DNA of 59,757 nucleotides, counting the filler. It is 5 parts of 5 records of this genome, joined end to end, with 100 filler letters (N's around TTAATTAATTAA, not from the genome) between each part and the next. Parts side by side here need not be neighbours in the genome. Positions count along the whole stretch, not along the records: positions 47,233 to 54,424 come from DRR723986_4234; positions 54,525 to 59,757 come from DRR723986_4236; 3 more parts are not named here. The stretch is one strand, 5' to 3'. The notes under the pieces are model-generated. The model was not told the DNA's origin. It saw nothing but the letters and a program-made list of their open reading frames with translations, and did no database searches. Every line of letters starts with the position of its first letter. The first letter of the stretch is position 1. Of this stretch, positions 50,259 through 59,757 are shown piece after piece. Position numbers and translations under genes: made by a program.

Positions 50259-51929
50259 ATGGCCAATGATCATCGTCAGGCGCTTAACGGCGCCGAAGTG
50301 TTTATCCGGGCACTTGAGAATGAAGGCGTAAAATACATTTTCGCCGTGCCCGGCGAAGAGAATCTCGCCTTCCTGGAAGCGTTACGCAATTCCAGTATCC
50401 GCCTGGTGCTGAACCGGCATGAACAGGCTGCCGGCTTTATGGCGGCGACCTATGGGCGACTGACTGGCCAGGTGGGAGTTTGCCTGTCCACGCTTGGGCC
50501 GGGCGCCACCAACCTGGTGACGGCTGCCGCCTACGCCCAGCTGGGCGGCATGCCCATGATGATGATTTCCGGCCAGAAGCCCATCAAGTCCTCCAAGCAG
50601 GGGCTGTTCCAGATTCTGGATGTGGTAGATCTGATGCGGCCGCTTACCAAATACACTCGCCAGATCAGCAACGCCAACACCATTCCCGCCAAGGTTCGTG
50701 AAGCGGTTCGCCTTGCCTCGGAAGAGCGCCCCGGAGCTGTGCACCTGGAGTTGCCCGAGGACATTGCCGAGGAGTCCGCCGAAGCGGGCATTCATATCTT
50801 TAATCCCAGTGATGCCCGTCGGCCAACGGCCAGTGAGAAGAGCCTGGACATGGCCTGCGACATGCTGCGCAGGGCCCATCATCCACTGATCATGATTGGC
50901 GCCGGCGCCAACCGTAAACGGGTGTCCAAAGCCTTGCTGCACCTGGTGGATGTGACGGGCATTCCGTTTTTCACCACTCAGATGGGTAAGGGTGTGATTG
51001 ATGAGCGTCATCCCCGTTACATGGGCAATGCAGCCCTGTCCGCCGGCGATTTCGTTCACTGCGCAATCGACCGGGCGGATCTGGTGATCAACGTCGGCCA
51101 CGATGTAGTGGAGAAGCCGCCGTTCTTTATGACTCCGGGCGGTAAAAAAGTCATCCATGTGAATTTCAGCGGGGCCGATGTCGACCCGGTGTATTTTCCG
51201 CAGCATGAGGTGGTGGGTGACATTGCGAACAGTGTGGAGTACATGGCCGAGCACTGCGGACAATGTGCCAACCACGATTTCACCGGCCTGATGGAAGTGA
51301 AGCAGGCGGTCGACAAACATCTTCAGGAGCGGGCCACTGATGACCGCTTCCCGGTGATTCCCCAGCGCATTGTCCACGATGTCCGATCGGTGATGCCGGA
51401 TGACGGCATCATCGCGCTGGATAACGGCATGTACAAACTCTGGTTTGCCCGCAACTACCCGGCTTACGACAACAACACCGTGCTACTGGACAATTCTCTG
51501 GCCTCCATGGGTGCGGGCCTGCCCAGCGGCATGATGGCGGCTATGCTTTATCCGGAGCTGAAGGTTATGTCGATCTGCGGTGATGGCGGCTTCATGATGA
51601 ACAGCCAGGAGCTGGAGACGGCTGTTCGCCTTGGGCTGAACCTGGTCGTGCTGATCATCAACGACAGCGCGTACGGCATGATCAAATGGAAGCAGGGGCA
51701 GGATGGCTATGAAGATTTCGGCTTGGATTACCGCAACCCGGATTTCGTGAAATACGCGGACTCCTACGGTGCCGTTGGCCACAGGGTTACCCGTACCGAA
51801 GAATTGCGCCCGACCCTCGAGCGTGCACTGGAGGCCGGGGGGGTTCACCTGGTGGATGTGCCGGTGGACTACAGCGAGAACCGGCGAGTTTTTGATGAAG
51901 AGCTGGCGGAGCTCACCTGCCGGCTCTAG
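50259..51929 (+). CDS. Acetolactate synthase large-subunit family ThDP enzyme
   Basis: PGEENL, RHEQ, TLGPGATN, GDGGF..N ThDP motif. Confidence 0.92.
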   Translation: MANDHRQALNGAEVFIRALENEGVKYIFAVPGEENLAFLEALRNSSIRLVLNRHEQAAGFMAATYGRLTGQVGVCLSTLGPGATNLVTAAAYAQLGGMPMMMISGQKPIKSSKQGLFQILDVVDLMRPLTKYTRQISNANTIPAKVREAVRLASEERPGAVHLELPEDIAEESAEAGIHIFNPSDARRPTASEKSLDMACDMLRRAHHPLIMIGAGANRKRVSKALLHLVDVTGIPFFTTQMGKGVIDERHPRYMGNAALSAGDFVHCAIDRADLVINVGHDVVEKPPFFMTPGGKKVIHVNFSGADVDPVYFPQHEVVGDIANSVEYMAEHCGQCANHDFTGLMEVKQAVDKHLQERATDDRFPVIPQRIVHDVRSVMPDDGIIALDNGMYKLWFARNYPAYDNNTVLLDNSLASMGAGLPSGMMAAMLYPELKVMSICGDGGFMMNSQELETAVRLGLNLVVLIINDSAYGMIKWKQGQDGYEDFGLDYRNPDFVKYADSYGAVGHRVTRTEELRPTLERALEAGGVHLVDVPVDYSENRRVFDEELAELTCRL

Positions 51930-52813
51930 CCGGCCTGGGCAGCTCCGCGCAGCATGGCCTGTAACAGTTCCTCTGCGTCAAACTTGGTCAGGGCCTCGTT
52001 GGCCCCGACCTGATTGGCGTAGCTCAGGCTCATCTCACTGTTCAGTGAAGTATGCAGGATGATGTAGGGTTGCTGGAGGCTGGCATTATCCCGGATATCG
52101 AAAGTAAGCTCGTAGCCATCCAGGCCCGGCATCTCAATGTCACTCACCAGGATGTCGATCGGGTGCCCTAACTCATGCTCCCGGAGAAGAACCTGCAGAG
52201 CTTCGTCGCCATTGGCGGTCACGTGATAGCTGATGTCTTTGCTGTCGAGGACGTCAGACAGCTGCTTTCGGGCCACCTGAGAGTCATCCACCAAGAGGAT
52301 GTTCAGGGATTTGAGTGTCTCGCTCTGTACATCCGTAAGAGCCACGGTCTGGGCGTCGAGCGATTCCGGGTAGACCTTGGCGAGGAGTAGCTCGACATCC
52401 AGCAACTGGATAATGTCGCCATCCACATCCAGCAGGCCGGTAATAAAGGCGTTGGCGCCCAGGGCCTTGGGCGGCGGCATCACGCTCTTCCAGTCTGTCT
52501 CGATGATCTGCTGAACACTGCGCACCAGAAAGCCGATTTCCTGGCGCTGAATGTCAGTAACAATGATGGACGCTTTCGCCTGCTCTTCGCGGGTGAGGGC
52601 CGGGTAGCCCACGGCTGCGGACATATCGATGACCGGCACGGCCGAGCCTCGGAAGGTTGCGGTTCCGATCACGGCGTGATGGCTATGGGGTAGCTTGGTT
52701 AGCCGCTGAAACGGGAGAATTTCCCGGATTTTCAGGGTGCCAATGCCAAACAGCCGCGATCCGAACAGGCGGAACAGAAGGAGTTTCTGGGACTGCTTCG
52801 CTTTGCTGGACAT
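51926..52813 (-). CDS. cheV: Chemotaxis protein CheV (CheW + REC)
   Basis: LLLFRL..FGI..LKIREI CheW domain; VDDS.VAR, SDIEMPGLDGY receiver. Confidence 0.92.
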   Translation of the reverse strand: MSSKAKQSQKLLLFRLFGSRLFGIGTLKIREILPFQRLTKLPHSHHAVIGTATFRGSAVPVIDMSAAVGYPALTREEQAKASIIVTDIQRQEIGFLVRSVQQIIETDWKSVMPPPKALGANAFITGLLDVDGDIIQLLDVELLLAKVYPESLDAQTVALTDVQSETLKSLNILLVDDSQVARKQLSDVLDSKDISYHVTANGDEALQVLLREHELGHPIDILVSDIEMPGLDGYELTFDIRDNASLQQPYIILHTSLNSEMSLSYANQVGANEALTKFDAEELLQAMLRGAAQAG

Positions 52814-52993
52814 AAACCGATCCTTGCAAAAAAGATGAAAGCTCCTTGCTGAGCTTGCTGTCACGATTGGTGCTCTGAGAAATGAAACAAGGCGCCAGCG
52901 ATCAAAAGGTTATGTAGCAATAATAGCAGCTTTATGCTCAGCGATTCGTCATCAGCTTTGTATCAAATGGTGACAGGTCTTTTGACAGATCGC

Positions 52994-53590
52994 CTACCAG
53001 GGCAGGTTTGAAATCACCAACCAGCCGGTGCCAACGCTAGTGGCGATGGCAACCAGAGCCAGCAGCCCGTCCCGGGCGACAATGGACAGCCCGAACGCCA
53101 TCAGCGCCAGGCCACCGCCATTGGCACTGAAGGGGATAAGTTCCATCATCGGCATGGCAGCGGCCACCGCCATGCAAATCAGTGCCATCAGATGCTGGCC
53201 AGCCCCGGAAACCAACCAGGGCAAGCGCCGCCGGGTCCAGTGATCGACAAATGCCGCAGGTTTGTCTGCCCATTGCAGGCCCTTAAACAGTGTCTGTTTT
53301 GAAATATGGCGGTTCGATAAACGGGAGGGAACCCAGACTGAGCGGCGCTGGAACAGCAACTGCCCCAAGGTGAGCAGAACCAGCAAGCCCAGTAAGGTGG
53401 GTACGCCGGGAATGTCGCCAATAAGCGGCGCCACCGTTACCAGGCCGGCCAGCAGGACCAGCGGGCCAAAAGAGCGCTCACCCACTGCGGTCATCAGATC
53501 TCCGACTGATACCCGATCCTGATTCCGGGTATGGTCCCGTATTCTGGCGACCAGCTCTGTCAGGCTTTCCGGGTCATTTGGCTGGTTCAT
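52994..53590 (-). CDS. exoD: ExoD-family membrane protein
   Basis: GERSFGPL, IPG, W.P, IPF..., RDG motifs. Confidence 0.88.
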   Translation of the reverse strand: MNQPNDPESLTELVARIRDHTRNQDRVSVGDLMTAVGERSFGPLVLLAGLVTVAPLIGDIPGVPTLLGLLVLLTLGQLLFQRRSVWVPSRLSNRHISKQTLFKGLQWADKPAAFVDHWTRRRLPWLVSGAGQHLMALICMAVAAAMPMMELIPFSANGGGLALMAFGLSIVARDGLLALVAIATSVGTGWLVISNLPW

Positions 53591-53828
53591 GGTTGGCTTC
53601 CTTTTCCAGAGTGCTGCGAAGGTGCTACTGGAATTGAACCCGATGCCGCACCTGTTTATTGGCCCACAGTGAACCACAATAGCCGATAAAACAGCTACTT
53701 ACAAAAATGGCATTCCACATAGAGCCACTCGAAACCGCAGTTGCGTCGACACTCTGTGGACACCTATGGCCAATGAGCGTTAAGTAAGCTACCTTTCTGA
53801 ATCGTCCCTGCTGTCCTAATCAAAGGAG

Positions 53829-54424
53829 TTGGTTTTGAGGTTCCTGGGAATAGTCGCCGCCGTATTCGTTGCCAACCTGATAACGCTCGCTTTCATTGCC
53901 ATAGCATTTGCAATGCTGATCTCAGACCAGGGCCAGGCCTTCATGCGCCACCTGGGCTATGACATATCGCCGTTGGTATCTGCCTACCATCAAACCCAGG
54001 TCAAAGAATGGAACGATCCCAGGGTAAGACGTATGACGTCCATAGACATCACGCCGTCACCGCAAGAACCCGCACCCGTGCAGCCAAAGCCAGCGCCAAA
54101 AACAACAGATAACAAACCGGATCGCCATGCTATCCAGACGACACTGAACACCTGCAGGTTTTGGAACAACGAATACCGGAAAGACGGTACAGACCGCAGT
54201 AAAGGCTTCCGGGATGCGGCCTGCAACAGGTACGAAAGGCTCAGTGGAAGCGATGTAAACCGAGTTATAAGCCTTGCTACCGCTCCCCAGCGTCAGACCA
54301 CAAGCCAGCAGAGCAACACCAGGCAATCGCAACAGGCAAACAATGACAATCGTCAACACGAAGCCTACTGCAAAAGGCTTCAGGAAAAGATCGACTACTA
54401 TGATGCCAAACTCAGGTCTGGCGG
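53829..54424 (+). CDS. Membrane-anchored hypothetical protein (3' truncated)
   Basis: AAGGAG RBS, N-terminal TM segment, CRFW..ACNRY Cys pairs. Confidence 0.65.
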
Positions 54425-54524
54425 NNNNNNNNNNNNNNNNNNNNNNNNNNNNNNNNNNNNNNNNNNNNTTAATTAATTAANNNNNNNNNNNNNNNNNNNN
54501 NNNNNNNNNNNNNNNNNNNNNNNN
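54425..54524. other. Artificial contig linker
   Basis: 44N-TTAATTAATTAA-44N. Confidence 0.99.
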
Positions 54525-54608
54525 GTTGAGCCGCTCAGCCGCCTTGGTGACGGAGCCTTCCTCCATCACCGCATGAAAGACTTCCAGATGGCGCAGTTTC
54601 AGATGCAT
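54525..54608 (-). CDS. LysR-family regulator, N-terminus only (cut by contig edge)
   Basis: Manual translation MHLKLRHLEVFHAVMEEGSVTKAAERLN. Confidence 0.9.
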
Positions 54609-54748
54609 TGGCAGACCATAAGGAAATCATAAAAAGTTTAGTAGGAAATTATCATAAGGTCATATGCGGAGACCTCAATCGCACTCACGCCAGCGGCCCA
54701 ACTGTCGCTTCACGGCCCACGCCAGACCTTCGACCGGTTCTAAGATTT

Positions 54749-54830
54749 CGCGCTGCGGCCCGTCAAACCTGCCATTCGCTGCGTGTGCCCGGTACGCAAC
54801 CGAAACAGAGGGCGGGTGTGCGGGCCAAGC
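54749..54830. repeat. Intergenic repeat, copy 1 (related to 59389-59480)
   Basis: CGCGCTGCGGC..CA.ACCTGCCATTC is shared by both copies. Confidence 0.6.
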
Positions 54831-54950
54831 CAGGCTGTGGGAGGTCTTCAACGTGTGTCCACTGTTGAATTTCCGTAATTGCAGCGAAGACATCCGGGTC
54901 GGATTGCGTTCGTTGGCGACATGTGTTGCGATTGCGCGTAGAGTTTATGG

Positions 54951-55724
54951 ATGGAAATCAACGTAAACGTTCACCTGAATTACCGCTTCAGCGGTCCAAC
55001 GGACTTGCTCCTGCAGATCGAAATTGCCGACACGATCGATCAGAGACTCCAATTCTGCAATCTTGAAACCTCTGACGTGGAATGCTTTGCCCGGGTTACC
55101 GCAGAGGACGGGATTGGCGAGCGCTTGTGGCTTCGGACGGACGGTGAGTTGTGGTGTGACTATTCGGCTCGTGTCATCATCGATCGAACGGCGCCTGATA
55201 TCTCTGCTTTGCCAGCAGTGGCCCCTCATCTTTTACCGGGCGACGCGGTTCGCTACCTTATGCCTTCCAGATATTGCCCGTCAGACGAATTTCAGTCCTA
55301 CGTGGCAGCAGAGTTCGCAGATATCCAAGGCGGCGCCCGCATTGCCGCAATTCGTGACTGGATCAACGAAGCCTTCAGCTATGTGCCCGGTTCAAGCAAC
55401 GCTCAGACGACGGCTCTGGACAGCTTTGTTCAACGCCAAGGCATATGCCGTGACTATGCACATGTCATGATCGCGATGGCGCGCGCTTCGACCATTCCTG
55501 CCAGATTTGCGAGCGTTTACGCCCCGGGGGTGTCGCCACCAGACTTTCACGCCGTGGCTGAGGTCTATCTCGACGGGACATGGCATCTCGTTGATCCGAC
55601 CGGAATGGCGTCGGCCGACTCGATCGCCCGGATCGGCGTAGGGCCAGACGCTGCGGGTGTTGCGTTCCTAAGCGTCTTCGGGCAAGCCACCTTTCTGAAT
55701 CAGACGGTGTCTGTCACTGTGTAA
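54951..55724 (+). CDS. Transglutaminase-like family protein
   Basis: YLMPSRYCPSD, GICRDYAH, DFHAVAEVYL..W..VDPT catalytic triad. Confidence 0.92.
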   Translation: MEINVNVHLNYRFSGPTDLLLQIEIADTIDQRLQFCNLETSDVECFARVTAEDGIGERLWLRTDGELWCDYSARVIIDRTAPDISALPAVAPHLLPGDAVRYLMPSRYCPSDEFQSYVAAEFADIQGGARIAAIRDWINEAFSYVPGSSNAQTTALDSFVQRQGICRDYAHVMIAMARASTIPARFASVYAPGVSPPDFHAVAEVYLDGTWHLVDPTGMASADSIARIGVGPDAAGVAFLSVFGQATFLNQTVSVTV

Positions 55725-55902
55725 TGTGACCGCGGACTTAGCCTGCTGATCTGGTCTTTCACTCCCGAAGCGGCCTTCTGAACCATCAGCGAAAGCCTGT
55801 ATGGGGCTTGTAGTCGCCTTGCGATGCGGTGCAGCATCATTTTGCAGCGCCCACGATTTGGTGCACGCTGTGTCAAAGGGCTCTGGGAAGTGGCGGGTGC
55901 TT

Positions 55903-57327
55903 ATGCACTTCGAGGCAGACATTGTTATTCACGATGGTCAGGTGGTTACGCCTGACGGCGTCGTCTACGGCGACCTGGCGATTGCCGATGGCAAGATCGT
56001 GTCGGTTGGATCATCCGGTGTCAGCGCGAAAGCACATATCTCGGCCAAAGGGAAACTGGTCATGCCGGGCGGTGTCGATCCGCACGCACATATCGAGCAG
56101 ATGTCGGGCATGGGACAATGGAATGCTGACACGTTCGAAACCGCAACGAGGTCAGCCGCCATGGGCGGCACAACCACCGTGATATCCTTTGCCGCACAGA
56201 CCGCTGGTCAAACAATCCTTGATACGGTTGCAGACTACGCGGCACGCGCCGCGCGGGGCGCAATGATCGACTATGCCTTTCATATTACGCTGACGGACCT
56301 CTCGGTGCGAGGATTCGAGCGAGATCTGGCCGACATGATCAAAAGGGGGCACCGATCCCTCAAGGTATTCACCACCTACAATATCCAGCTGCATGACGCT
56401 GAACTGCTGCGGATCTTTCGGCAGGCGCGAGAGGCGGGGGCGCTGGTCTGTGTCCATGCGGAAAACGACGCGATCATTGCACAGGCGAGAGAGGCATTGA
56501 TCTCGACCGCTCAAACGGCGCCGCGTGACCATGCCAGGTCTCGGCCCAGAATGGCCGAAATCGAAGCGGTGGAGCGGATCTGTCGTTTTGCCGAATACCT
56601 CGATCAGCCGGTCATGCTGTTTCACATCTCGACACTTGAGGGCGCACAGGCAGTGCGGGCCGCGCAAGATAGGGGTGCCCCGGTCTGGGCCGAAACCTGC
56701 CCGCATTACCTGTTCATGACAGAGGACGTGTTGGACCGGCCCGGCTTGGAGGGGGCCAAGTGGATGTGCTCGCCGCCGCAGAGAAGCGCCGCGGATCAAG
56801 ACGCGCTATGGCAGGCCCTTGGGGATGGCACGCTGTCCCTGGTGTCTTCCGATCACGCCCCCTACCGCTATGATGAAACCGGCAAGCTGGCCGCCGGTTT
56901 GGATGCCGGATTCCATCAGATTGCCAACGGGTTGCCAGGACTTGAAACGCGCTTGCCGCTGTTGTTCGACGCGATGGTATCGAAGGGCCGCGGTGGTCCC
57001 GAAGGCTTCGCCGAACTGACCGCCCATGCGCCTGCGCGGCTCTACGGGCTCGCGGGCAAGGGGGGCATTGCCGAAGGAAAGGATGCGGACATCGTGATCT
57101 GGGACCCGGACAAGACTGTCACCTATGGTGCCAATGACCTGCACGACAATGTGGGCTACAACCCGTGGGAGGGCCACAGCGTAACCGGATGGCCTGAACA
57201 GGTTCTTCTGCGCGGAAAGACAATCGTGAAAGACGGAAGGCTTTGCACAACCCCTGGCAGCGGGAATTGGGTAGACCGCCCGGTTCTGGCCACTCAACCG
57301 ACCGGAAAGGGCGGCCTGACAACATGA
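55903..57327 (+). CDS. hydA: Dihydropyrimidinase / D-hydantoinase
   Basis: PGGVDPHAH, GGTTT, HAEN, ETCPHYL, SPP.R, SSDHAP, DADIVIWDP. Confidence 0.92.
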   Translation: MHFEADIVIHDGQVVTPDGVVYGDLAIADGKIVSVGSSGVSAKAHISAKGKLVMPGGVDPHAHIEQMSGMGQWNADTFETATRSAAMGGTTTVISFAAQTAGQTILDTVADYAARAARGAMIDYAFHITLTDLSVRGFERDLADMIKRGHRSLKVFTTYNIQLHDAELLRIFRQAREAGALVCVHAENDAIIAQAREALISTAQTAPRDHARSRPRMAEIEAVERICRFAEYLDQPVMLFHISTLEGAQAVRAAQDRGAPVWAETCPHYLFMTEDVLDRPGLEGAKWMCSPPQRSAADQDALWQALGDGTLSLVSSDHAPYRYDETGKLAAGLDAGFHQIANGLPGLETRLPLLFDAMVSKGRGGPEGFAELTAHAPARLYGLAGKGGIAEGKDADIVIWDPDKTVTYGANDLHDNVGYNPWEGHSVTGWPEQVLLRGKTIVKDGRLCTTPGSGNWVDRPVLATQPTGKGGLTT

Positions 57328-57710
57328 GACCGGACGCACCCAACCAACTGGCCATCACGTTCCTTTATTATCGCGATCTGGCAACCGCCATGCGGTTTTA
57401 CGAGGACGTCCTTGGCCTGACACTGGCGATTGATCAGGGGTGGAGCAAGATTTACGAGATCTGTCCCGGTGCCCATGTCGGGTTGGTGGACGAGACCCGT
57501 GGGATGAACAAATGGGCCGCAACCAAGCCGGTACAGCTTTGCATTCGGGTGTCGGATGTCGATGGCTGGTACGACTATGCCCGTTCCAAGCAACTGGCGA
57601 ACCTGTCTGACCTCTTCGTCAACGACGAGATCGGCATCCGCGCCTTCGTTTTCAACGACCCCGAAGGCTATCAGATCGAGATCCAGTCAGCCACGCGGTC
57701 TGGCGCATGA
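57324..57710 (+). CDS. VOC/glyoxalase family protein
   Basis: FYEDVLGL and F.DPEGY.IEI motifs; ATGA-coupled. Confidence 0.88.
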   Translation: MRPDAPNQLAITFLYYRDLATAMRFYEDVLGLTLAIDQGWSKIYEICPGAHVGLVDETRGMNKWAATKPVQLCIRVSDVDGWYDYARSKQLANLSDLFVNDEIGIRAFVFNDPEGYQIEIQSATRSGA

Positions 57711-58387
57711 CCACGCTGATCGTCATCAATCCGAACTCGTCTCAGACGGTCACCGATGGGATCGACGCAGCCATTGCGCCTTTGCGGAGTTTCGGCATCC
57801 CGATCCGCTGTCTGAGCCTGGCCGAGGGCCCGCCCGGCATCGAAACTCAGCGCCAGGCGGACCTGACCATCGCCCCGATGCTGCGGCTTGCTGCGGCACA
57901 GAAGGACGCCGCGGGTTACGTGATTGCCTGTTTCGGTGATCCGGGACTTCATGCCCTGCGCGACCAGACCGAGCTGCCCGTGGTCGGCATTCAGGAAGCG
58001 GCTGTCATGAGCGCACTGACCCTTGGTCAACGGTTTGGCGTTATCGCCATCCTGCCTGCCTCGATACCGCGTCATCTAAGAGCTTTTGGCGCAATAGGGG
58101 TGCTTGACCGGCTGGCGGGCGATCGCGCCCTCGGCTTGGGCGTGGCGGACCTTGCCGACCGGGGCAAAAGCCTCGACGCGATGATCGCCACCGGCAAGCG
58201 CCTGCGCGACGAGGACGGGGCGAACGTGCTGATCATGGGTTGCGCCGGAATGGCCATGTATCGCGACCTGCTGCAAGAGGCGACCGGCCTGCCGGTCGTC
58301 GAGCCTACCCAAGTTGCCGTGAGCATGGCACTGGGGCAGATCCAACTGGGCCTTTCACATAGACCGCAAAGAACTGATCATGCTTGA
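57707..58387 (+). CDS. Asp/Glu/hydantoin racemase family protein
   Basis: INPNSS, IACFGDPG and MGCAGM catalytic Cys pair. Confidence 0.92.
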   Translation: MTTLIVINPNSSQTVTDGIDAAIAPLRSFGIPIRCLSLAEGPPGIETQRQADLTIAPMLRLAAAQKDAAGYVIACFGDPGLHALRDQTELPVVGIQEAAVMSALTLGQRFGVIAILPASIPRHLRAFGAIGVLDRLAGDRALGLGVADLADRGKSLDAMIATGKRLRDEDGANVLIMGCAGMAMYRDLLQEATGLPVVEPTQVAVSMALGQIQLGLSHRPQRTDHA

Positions 58388-59297
58388 TGAAACCACCAAT
58401 GGCGTCTTCACCATCGCCGCCACTCCGTTCCTGCCAGATGGCGCACTGGACTTTGACAGCATCGACCGGATGGTCGATGCCTACGTGGAAAAGGGAGCCA
58501 ATGGCCTGACAATCCTCGGCATGATGGGCGAGGCAGGCAAGCTGTCGGCCGCGGAATCCGTGGCCGTGGTTCGGCGCGTGACCTCGCGCTGTCGGGTGCC
58601 GGTGGTCGTCGGGGTCTCGGCGTCCGGCTTTGCGGCGATGACAGCGCTGAGCAACGAGGCCATGGCAGCAGGCGCAAGCGGTGTGATGGTCGCCCCGCCC
58701 ATGGGCCTGCAGACAGACGCACAGATCACCAGCTATTTTCACAACACTGCGGATGCTCTTGGGGACATTCCGTTTGTTTTGCAGGATTTTCCACTGGCGA
58801 CCGGCGTGCAGATCTCGCCCTCGGTGATCCTGAAAATCGTTGAGGACTGTCCAACTTGCGTCATGCTCAAACACGAGGACTGGCCCGGTCTGGAAAAGAT
58901 ATCCGCGCTACGCAAGGCCTCGGGCGCCGGCAGCCGACGCATTTCCATCCTCTGCGGGAACGGCGGGATGTTCCTGTTGGAAGAAATGATGCGAGGCGCG
59001 GACGGTGCGATGACTGGGTTCGGATATCCCGAGATGATGCGCCAGGTCCTTGATGCCTTTCAAACGGGCGACATCGACCGTGCACGTGACATCTTTGACG
59101 CCTATTTGCCCATGATCCGCTATGAATCCCAGCCCGGCATGGGCCTCGCCATCCGGAAATACTCGCTGGCACGCCAAGGGATTATTGCCCATCCGACGCT
59201 GCGCAAACCGGGTGCCGGTCTGACCTCCGCCACGAAAGCCGAGATTGACGCTCTTGCCACTCGTCAGCAAGATCGTCTGTCCGAACTTGGGCTGTAG
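58380..59297 (+). CDS. Dihydrodipicolinate synthase-family aldolase
   Basis: TPF..DG.LD, LGMMGEA, Schiff-base lysine in LKHED. Confidence 0.9.
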   Translation: MLDETTNGVFTIAATPFLPDGALDFDSIDRMVDAYVEKGANGLTILGMMGEAGKLSAAESVAVVRRVTSRCRVPVVVGVSASGFAAMTALSNEAMAAGASGVMVAPPMGLQTDAQITSYFHNTADALGDIPFVLQDFPLATGVQISPSVILKIVEDCPTCVMLKHEDWPGLEKISALRKASGAGSRRISILCGNGGMFLLEEMMRGADGAMTGFGYPEMMRQVLDAFQTGDIDRARDIFDAYLPMIRYESQPGMGLAIRKYSLARQGIIAHPTLRKPGAGLTSATKAEIDALATRQQDRLSELGL

Positions 59298-59388
59298 AGT
59301 GGAACTCAACCAACCCAAGGCACGGTTACTGGTGGTCAACCGATCTCGGTTTCGGCCCGCAGCCGCCGTCCATCAGTAGCGCCGGAGC

Positions 59389-59480
59389 CGCGCTGCGGCT
59401 TTCCCAGACCTGCCATTCACGCACCGTGCAGCATTTCCGAAGGGGGAAGGTCCGCAGCGCGGGACGCAGCGGACCTTCGG
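59389..59480. repeat. Intergenic repeat, copy 2, with inverted ends CGCGCTGCGG...CCGCAGCGCG
   Basis: Inverted repeat at 59389-59398 / 59452-59461, plus hairpin AAGGTCCGC..GCGGACCTT. Confidence 0.6.
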
Positions 59481-59555
59481 GCCAAATACCAAAATAGTAG
59501 CTACTTGTTTTGTAGCTGCACTGACGGTGCTGTTCTCGGGATAGCGGGGAGAAAA

Positions 59556-59754
59556 ATCGGCATTTACTCAGAGTGATTTGGACGCACTTGCGCAGCGCTA
59601 TGCTGACGCCTGGAACTCGAAGACCGCAGAGAACGTCGTTTCATTTCAGACACAAAGTAGCAGCATTGTTATCAATCGAGGTGAGCCATCGGTCGGTCAT
59701 GCTGGTCTCACGGGGATGGCTGCTGGTCTATCCGCGCGGGCTGAATGCCGCTGA
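59556..59754 (+). pseudogene. Degenerate SnoaL/NTF2-like gene fragment
   Basis: AFTQSDLDALAQRYADAWNSKTAENVVSF...INRGEP..G..GL..MAAG then a stop; GGGAG RBS followed by ATCGGCA instead of ATGGCA. Confidence 0.55.
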
Positions 59755-59757
59755 ACA

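Noticed and set aside
53682-53689. Sigma-28 -10 box GCCGATAA
   Set aside because: No TAAA -35 at the right spacing, and it is on the opposite strand from cheV.

Overview
The window is not one locus. It is five contigs joined by artificial 100-nt linkers (44 N + TTAATTAATTAA + 44 N), and they appear to come from at least two lineages. (1) 1-19047: Roseobacter-type Rhodobacteraceae housekeeping DNA (hfq, trkHA, ntrYX, dusB-ntrBC, ispDF-pgpA-cinA-amtB, hpt, cytochromes c'/c, lipA). (2) 19148-38186: about half of a lambdoid prophage, probably of a Marinobacter-like gammaproteobacterium, ending in a tRNA-Pro att site. It carries a terminase with a lambda-like cos site, a holin-like gene and Rz/Rz1 with no adjacent endolysin, a replication initiator containing an in-frame HNH domain, and cro/cI with readable OR/OL operators. 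A HigB-HigA-SecB toxin-antitoxin-chaperone (TAC) module and an exported HNH nuclease sit in the slot lambda uses for rexAB. There is also a phage CsrA homolog and a ~500-nt highly structured non-coding leader. (3) 38287-47132: high-GC Rhodobacteraceae box (benzoyl-CoA epoxidase) genes, a GGDEF-EAL gene and a hybrid kinase, with a triplicated convergent gene junction. (4) 47233-54424: Marinobacter-like Ca/Na antiporter, mqo, acetolactate synthase, cheV, exoD. (5) 54525-59757: alphaproteobacterial hydantoinase/racemase operon with palindromic intergenic repeats. The prophage immunity and early region is the most interesting part. All family and taxon calls come from motif recognition by eye, not from database searches.
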